Source: an uncultured Candidatus Binatia bacterium (GTDB lineage: Bacteria > Desulfobacterota > Binatia > Bin18). Taken from it: a stretch of DNA of 64,000 bases. The position numbers and the translations under genes were made by a program. The notes under the pieces are model-generated. The model worked only from the letters and a program-made list of their open reading frames with translations. It made no database searches and was not told the origin of the DNA. Positions 59,047 to 64,000 of the stretch are shown in pieces. How positions within the stretch are numbered: the stretch's first letter is position 1; every line of letters starts with the position of its first letter. Where the stretch lies: the NCBI GenBank assembly GCA_965200965.1, contig OZ241744.1:2080001-2144000 (forward strand). Direction: 5' to 3'.

Positions 59047-59852
59047 CCAACGGACAGGCTCCCTTCTATCTGCCTATTGGCGATGAGGTTGAGATCTTTC
59101 GGGCGGCCTATGCGTGTCGTCTCCCGGTCCTGCTCAAAGGGCCGACCGGCTGCGGCAAGACGCGCTTTGTCGAGTATATGGCCCACCTGTTGATGCGGGA
59201 AGAAAAAGAAGAGGTGCCGGGCAATCTCATCACCGTGGCCTGCCACGAAGACCTGACCGGCAGCGACCTCGTCGGACGCTATCTTATTCAGGGTGACGAA
59301 ACCGTCTGGATTGACGGGCCGCTGACCCAGGCCGTGCGGCTCGGCACGGTGTGTTATCTGGACGAAATTGTCGAAGCCCGCAAAGATACGATTGTGCTGA
59401 TCCACCCGCTGACCGATCACCGTCGAATCCTGCCGATTGATAAAAAGGGGGAAATTCAAGCGGCACACCCTGATTTTCTGCTGGTCATCTCGTATAATCC
59501 GGGCTATCAGAGCATCCTCAAGGACCTCAAGCACTCCACCCGTCAGCGCTTTGTCACCGTCGAGTTCAGCTACCCGCCGCGCGATAAAGAGGCCGAGGTG
59601 ATTGCCCATGAGAGCGCTCTGGCGCTGGAAACCGCCCTCGATTTAGCCCGCCTTGGCGAGAAGGTGCGTTCCCTCAAGGCCAGCGGTCTGGAAGAGGGGG
59701 TCAGCACCCGCCTGCTCATCTATGCCGGACACCTGATGCGCCAGGGGGTCCCGGCCCGGCGGGCGTGTTCGGTGGCGGTGTCGCGCTCGCTGACCGATGA
59801 CCTGGACTCGCAGCGGGCCATTGATGAAGTCATCAAGGCCATTTTTCCTTGA
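59043..59852 (+). CDS. CbbQ/NirQ/NorQ family MoxR AAA+ ATPase
   Basis: [33 protein letters not shown] and STRLL motifs. Confidence 0.93.
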   Translation: MTNGQAPFYLPIGDEVEIFRAAYACRLPVLLKGPTGCGKTRFVEYMAHLLMREEKEEVPGNLITVACHEDLTGSDLVGRYLIQGDETVWIDGPLTQAVRLGTVCYLDEIVEARKDTIVLIHPLTDHRRILPIDKKGEIQAAHPDFLLVISYNPGYQSILKDLKHSTRQRFVTVEFSYPPRDKEAEVIAHESALALETALDLARLGEKVRSLKASGLEEGVSTRLLIYAGHLMRQGVPARRACSVAVSRSLTDDLDSQRAIDEVIKAIFP

Positions 59853-60555
59853 GATGCGCGACCTGACTGCGCGTGTGCCGGCCAAGGAGGTGGCGCGCCT
59901 GCTGAAAGATGGCCTCAAACATGGGCCTGGTCAGCCGTCCGGTGAAGGTGTTCTGCTGGCTGGGGTGATACGAGCCGATCAAGGTTATCCCGTCCAGTTC
60001 ATAGCTCAGGCCGTGGCCAAAGCGTGGCTTGGGAGAGGGTACAGACAGGGCCAGTTCACGGCGGGCAGTCAGGTAGGCGTGAAACGCGATGTGGCCGAGG
60101 GCAAGGACCACCCGGACTCTTTTCAGCAGCTGGAGTTCCCGGACCAGATATGGCCGGCAGGCCACATACTCTTCGCGCAGGGGTTTGTTGTCCGGGGGGG
60201 CACAGTGGACGGCCGAGGTGATGCAACAGCCGTGGAGGGCGAGACCGTCGCCCCGGTGGCTTGAGGTCGGCTGGTTGGCAAATCCGGCCGCATACAGGGC
60301 CGCGTACAGCCAGTCCCCGCTGCGGTCGCCGGTAAACGCCCGCCCGGTTCGATTCCCACCGTGGGCGGCAGGGGCCAGACCGACAATCAGGAGCCGGGCC
60401 TTGGGGTCGCCAAAGCTGGGGACCGGCTGTCCCCAGTAGGTCCAGTCCCGATAGCGTTTGACCTTGTGCCGAGAGACGCGCTCACGATAGCCCACCAGCC
60501 GGGGACAGCGTGTGCAGCCGATGATGTCGCGCTGGAGCTGGGCAAAGCCCGGCAT
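59833..60555 (-). CDS. Uracil-DNA glycosylase, family 5 (UdgB-like)
   Basis: [21 protein letters not shown] and YHPSQQNT motifs. Confidence 0.92.
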   Translation of the reverse strand: MPGFAQLQRDIIGCTRCPRLVGYRERVSRHKVKRYRDWTYWGQPVPSFGDPKARLLIVGLAPAAHGGNRTGRAFTGDRSGDWLYAALYAAGFANQPTSSHRGDGLALHGCCITSAVHCAPPDNKPLREEYVACRPYLVRELQLLKRVRVVLALGHIAFHAYLTARRELALSVPSPKPRFGHGLSYELDGITLIGSYHPSQQNTFTGRLTRPMFEAIFQQARHLLGRHTRSQVAHLKEKWP

Positions 60556-60558
60556 CGC

Positions 60559-62034
60559 CTAGAGACTCATCACATAGCGCACCAGGGTCCGGACTCCAAA
60601 GCCGGTTCCTCCCCGTGGGCTGTAGGGCAGCTCGCGGTTGGCAAAAGCCGGGCCGGCAATGTCAAGGTGCGCCCAGGGCGTATGGCCGACAAACTCTTCG
60701 AGAAATAAGGCACCGGCAATCGCTCCGCCAGAGCCGCCGCCGATGTTCCTGATATCGGCCACCGCGCTCTTGATGTCGTCTTTATAGTCTGTAACCAGCG
60801 GCAGCGGCCAGAAGGCCTCGCCGGACTGTTTGCCACACTCCATCAGGGCGTCGGACAACTCCCGGTTATTGCAGAACAGGCCGGCCACCTGCGAGCCAAG
60901 GGCCACTACGCAGGCCCCGGTCAGGGTCGCCAGATCAATGATGACATCGGCCTTGTCTTCAACCGCCCGGATCAGGGCGTCGGCCAGAATCAGGCGTCCT
61001 TCGGCGTCGGTGTTGAGGACTTCGACCGTTGTGCCGTTTTTATAGGTGATGATATCGCCCGGTTTCTGGGCTGTGCCGCTCGGCATGTTTTCGGTTGAGG
61101 GCACATAGGCCGTGACCTTGACGGCTGGCTTGAGCTGGGCAATGACCTGCATGACACCCAGCACAGTCGCCCCACCGGACATATCCAGCTTCATCGTCTC
61201 CATTGATTTTGGCGGTTTGAGCGATAAGCCGCCCGAATCAAAGGTCAGCCCTTTGCCGACCAGGGCAATTTTTTTCCTGGGTCTGCCCTTGGGGGTGTAG
61301 CGCAGCGTAATAAAGCGCGGCTCTTCAACACTGCCCTTGGCCACCGCCAGGACGCCGGCCATTTTGGCCGTTTTCATTTTGGGAAGCCCGAGGATTTCGG
61401 CCTTCAGGCCGCCGCGGCGAGCGATGTGGGTTGCCTGTGCGGCCAGATAGGACGGGGTGGAAACAGAGGCCGGCTCGTTGATGAGGTCACGCGCCAGGCA
61501 GACCCCGGGTGCGGTTTTCCGGGCCGCCTCAAGTGCCCGGCTGAGCGCGGCCGTGTTGCGCAGCCGAGGCCCGCTCAAACTGAGGGTGTCCACACCCGGC
61601 CGGGTATCGGCCCGGTCTGATTTATATTTGTCAAAGGCGTAGGCCGACAGCAGGCTGCCTTCAACCACCGCGGCCAACTCGGCCTCGGACCGGGTGTCGG
61701 TAAAAAACCAGGCCAGGTGCCTGGTCCGCTGGCCCTTGGCCGCTTTGTGGGCGTTAGCCGCACTCCGCCGCCAGGTTTCCGTGTCTGCCCCGGCCTTGCC
61801 CAGACCGAGCAACAGCAGGGTCCGGCTGGGGAGGCGCTGCTGGGTTGGGAAGATCACGGTCTGACCGGCCTTGCCGGTGAAGCCGGTGTGGGTGAGGTGG
61901 GCGGTGAGGGTGCCGCCGAGGGCGTCGTCAAGTGCTTGCACGGTCCCGTTGGTGTGCTGCCCCTCGGCAAGCGGGACAACGAGCATGTCGCTCTTCAGCC
62001 TGGTAATTGCCTGTGACTGCACGCGGATATTCAT
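60559..62034 (-). CDS. pepA: Leucyl aminopeptidase
   Basis: GKGLTFDSGG, MKLDM, NTDAEGRL and HLDIAG motifs. Confidence 0.95.
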   Translation of the reverse strand: MNIRVQSQAITRLKSDMLVVPLAEGQHTNGTVQALDDALGGTLTAHLTHTGFTGKAGQTVIFPTQQRLPSRTLLLLGLGKAGADTETWRRSAANAHKAAKGQRTRHLAWFFTDTRSEAELAAVVEGSLLSAYAFDKYKSDRADTRPGVDTLSLSGPRLRNTAALSRALEAARKTAPGVCLARDLINEPASVSTPSYLAAQATHIARRGGLKAEILGLPKMKTAKMAGVLAVAKGSVEEPRFITLRYTPKGRPRKKIALVGKGLTFDSGGLSLKPPKSMETMKLDMSGGATVLGVMQVIAQLKPAVKVTAYVPSTENMPSGTAQKPGDIITYKNGTTVEVLNTDAEGRLILADALIRAVEDKADVIIDLATLTGACVVALGSQVAGLFCNNRELSDALMECGKQSGEAFWPLPLVTDYKDDIKSAVADIRNIGGGSGGAIAGALFLEEFVGHTPWAHLDIAGPAFANRELPYSPRGGTGFGVRTLVRYVMSL

Positions 62035-62068
62035 GCCTCGTCCTTATGCGCTGCGCCGGCGGCCCCGC

Positions 62069-62446
62069 CTATTCGGCTGCCGCTTGTGCTGTGGCCTCTG
62101 CGCCGGCTTCCTGTGGGGTCCCAAGCGGCTGCGTTCTGGCCGCCTTGGCAAAGGCCCGCAGCCGGCGCTTCAGGGTCCGAATCCCGCGTCGGACAGCGTG
62201 CAGTTCGTCGTAGGCTTTGCGCTCAATCGCCTGGTCACGCCGGCGCTTCAGGGCGGCGAGGTGCTGCTTGATGTCTGCTCTCTCAGCGCTCGGCGTTTTT
62301 GTTTCCAGGGGTATGCCGTGCTCCTGGGCCAACAGCCTGATCAGCGCCTCTTTTTTCATGGCCGTGACGCCGACGATATCGGGGATTTTGAGCGCTTCTT
62401 CGCGTAACCTGGGGGTATTCATGCGGAGCAGTTCTTTGGCGGTCAT
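62069..62446 (-). CDS. Hypothetical protein with Rho-N-terminal-like helical domain
   Basis: LREEALKI...VTAMKKEALI motif. Confidence 0.6.
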   Translation of the reverse strand: MTAKELLRMNTPRLREEALKIPDIVGVTAMKKEALIRLLAQEHGIPLETKTPSAERADIKQHLAALKRRRDQAIERKAYDELHAVRRGIRTLKRRLRAFAKAARTQPLGTPQEAGAEATAQAAAE

Positions 62447-62449
62447 GGG

Positions 62450-62749
62450 CTAGTCCTTGGGCGGGCGGTTGGGGGTAAACGTTTTTCTGGCGGCATAGAA
62501 CAGCGCACCGCCGACTATGGCATACACGGCCAGCCCCTCCAACAGGCCAATCCCTCCCGACAGCAGAAACACCGCGAGCACCAGCCCGGTGCCGATCAGG
62601 GCAAGGATTTTTTCAAGGCGTTCTTCGCGTTTGCGGACCGCTTCGATATGGGCGCTGACCGGCGCTCCGCACGCGGTGCAGCGCCCGGCGCGTTTGCGGT
62701 ACAGGCGGTGTCCGCACTGGGGACAGACGATGCGCAGCGGAACAGGCAT
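62450..62749 (-). CDS. Zinc-ribbon membrane protein
   Basis: CPQC...CTAC followed by two hydrophobic segments. Confidence 0.65.
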   Translation of the reverse strand: MPVPLRIVCPQCGHRLYRKRAGRCTACGAPVSAHIEAVRKREERLEKILALIGTGLVLAVFLLSGGIGLLEGLAVYAIVGGALFYAARKTFTPNRPPKD

Positions 62750-62777
62750 CTGCTCACGGGCTGAGGGGGGGCGGGGT

Positions 62778-63791
62778 TCAGTCTACCGTCCAGACATCAC
62801 CCCGGTTCAGCAGCGCGTCAACGTCTCCCCGGCCCTGCCTGGCGACTGCGTCTTCGAGCTGCTTGGCCATGAGGGCCTCAATGGTCGGCCGCGCGGTTGA
62901 ATACAGGACGCCGATCGGGGTCGGAAAATTGGGCGGTGTCATCCGGCTGAGCAGAAAGGCCAGGGTCTGATCGTGCTCATCATGCACGAGCAGATCATCG
63001 CTGCTCACCCCGTTGCCCAACTCGACAACCTCGGGAATCAGGCCCTTGAGCCGAATCCCCCGGTCTTTGTTTTTGCCAAACATCATGGGCTGACCGTGTT
63101 CAAGCAGCAGTTGGCTATCCGCTTTGCTGCCCTTATCGGTCAGAGCATCCCAGGCACCGTCGTTATAGACGTTGCAGTTCTGGAGAATCTCGATAAAAGC
63201 CCCGCCGTTGTGGGCCGCGGCTCGGGTGAGCGTGTTCTGCTGGTGTCTGGCCTCAACGTCGATGGAGCGGGCGACAAAGGTCGCTTCGGCCCCGAGGGCC
63301 AGACTCATCGGGTTGATGGGATAGTCGGCTGAGCCCATTGGTGTTGATTTGGCGACCTTGCCCAGCTCTGAGGTTGGCGAGTACTGGCCCTTGGTCAGCC
63401 CATAGATGCGGTTGTTGAACAGCATGATTTTCAACGCCACATTGCGCCGCAGGGCGTGGATGAGATGGTTGCCGCCGATGCTCAGCCCATCCCCGTCTCC
63501 GGTGACCAGCCAGATGTGGAGGTCCGGCCGCGAGATCCTGAGACCGGTGGCAATGGCCGGAGCGCGGCCGTGGATGGTGTGAAAGCCATAGGTGTTCATG
63601 TAGTAGGGAAAACGGCTGGAGCAGCCAATCCCGGATATGAACACCGCCTTGTCCTTGGGAATACCCAGATCGGGAAAGATTTTCTGGACTTGGGCCAGAA
63701 TGGCGTAGTCGCCGCAGCCCGGGCACCAGCGGACATCCTGGTCAGAAACAAAGTCTTTACGCGTCAGTTTTGTCATCGCTTCTGCGCTCAT
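62778..63791 (-). CDS. 2-oxoacid:ferredoxin oxidoreductase beta subunit
   Basis: WCPGCG, SGIGCSS, GDGD and YGLTKGQ motifs. Confidence 0.96.
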   Translation of the reverse strand: MSAEAMTKLTRKDFVSDQDVRWCPGCGDYAILAQVQKIFPDLGIPKDKAVFISGIGCSSRFPYYMNTYGFHTIHGRAPAIATGLRISRPDLHIWLVTGDGDGLSIGGNHLIHALRRNVALKIMLFNNRIYGLTKGQYSPTSELGKVAKSTPMGSADYPINPMSLALGAEATFVARSIDVEARHQQNTLTRAAAHNGGAFIEILQNCNVYNDGAWDALTDKGSKADSQLLLEHGQPMMFGKNKDRGIRLKGLIPEVVELGNGVSSDDLLVHDEHDQTLAFLLSRMTPPNFPTPIGVLYSTARPTIEALMAKQLEDAVARQGRGDVDALLNRGDVWTVD

Positions 63792-63803
63792 GAACTGTAC
63801 TCC

Positions 63804-64000
63804 TCAGCTTTCCAGCATACGGTCAATGCGGGTAGAGATTTCGGAGACCTTGAACGGCCGGCCCTGAAGTTTGTTCAGACCGGCCGCGTCGAGCAGGTAT
63901 TCCGCCCGCAGCAAACGCACCAACTGGCCGAGATTCATTTCCGGGACGAGGACCTTTTCAAACCGGCCCAGAATATCACCGAGGTCGGCCGGCAGCGGAT
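63804..64000 (-). CDS. 2-oxoacid:ferredoxin oxidoreductase alpha subunit (3' end only)
   Basis: Reverse strand reads ...PADLGDILGRFEKVLVPEMNLGQLVRLLRAEYLLDAAGLNKLQGRPFKVSEI... Confidence 0.92.
   Translation of the reverse strand, partial: PLPADLGDILGRFEKVLVPEMNLGQLVRLLRAEYLLDAAGLNKLQGRPFKVSEISTRIDRMLES

Overview
High-GC bacterial chromosomal segment. The F420-dependent oxidoreductases, amidohydrolases and codon style would fit a Binatota/deltaproteobacteria-like organism, but that is inference. The housekeeping backbone is recN (partial), nadK, rarA, purM, minCDE, argB-argD-argF...argG-argH, dapF-dapA-dapB, udg, pepA and the 2-oxoacid:ferredoxin oxidoreductase genes, with many catabolic enzymes between them. 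The non-routine parts are: (1) an ergothioneine-type operon (egtC-egtB-egtD) whose first gene is an ATP-grasp ligase instead of egtA and whose last gene is asparaginase-like; (2) a HipA-like kinase + HIRAN pair; (3) a ~5.15 kb cassette splitting the arg operon, bounded by a 12-bp direct repeat and with no recombinase. It carries an XRE-ImmA/IrrE operon ending in an atypical tRNA-Cys-like gene with an expanded anticodon arm, a type IIG R-M gene with an in-frame amber codon, and a second methyltransferase; (4) a 49.6-54.7 kb defence/TA region segmented by a recurring 18-20 bp motif, holding two toxin-less Panacea antitoxins, a DndB/DGQHR protein, an SBD-HNH nuclease, a hicBA-like pair and a cysteine desulfurase remnant. 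No CRISPR array, rRNA, integrase or transposase was seen. Product calls come from motif recognition by eye, not database searches.
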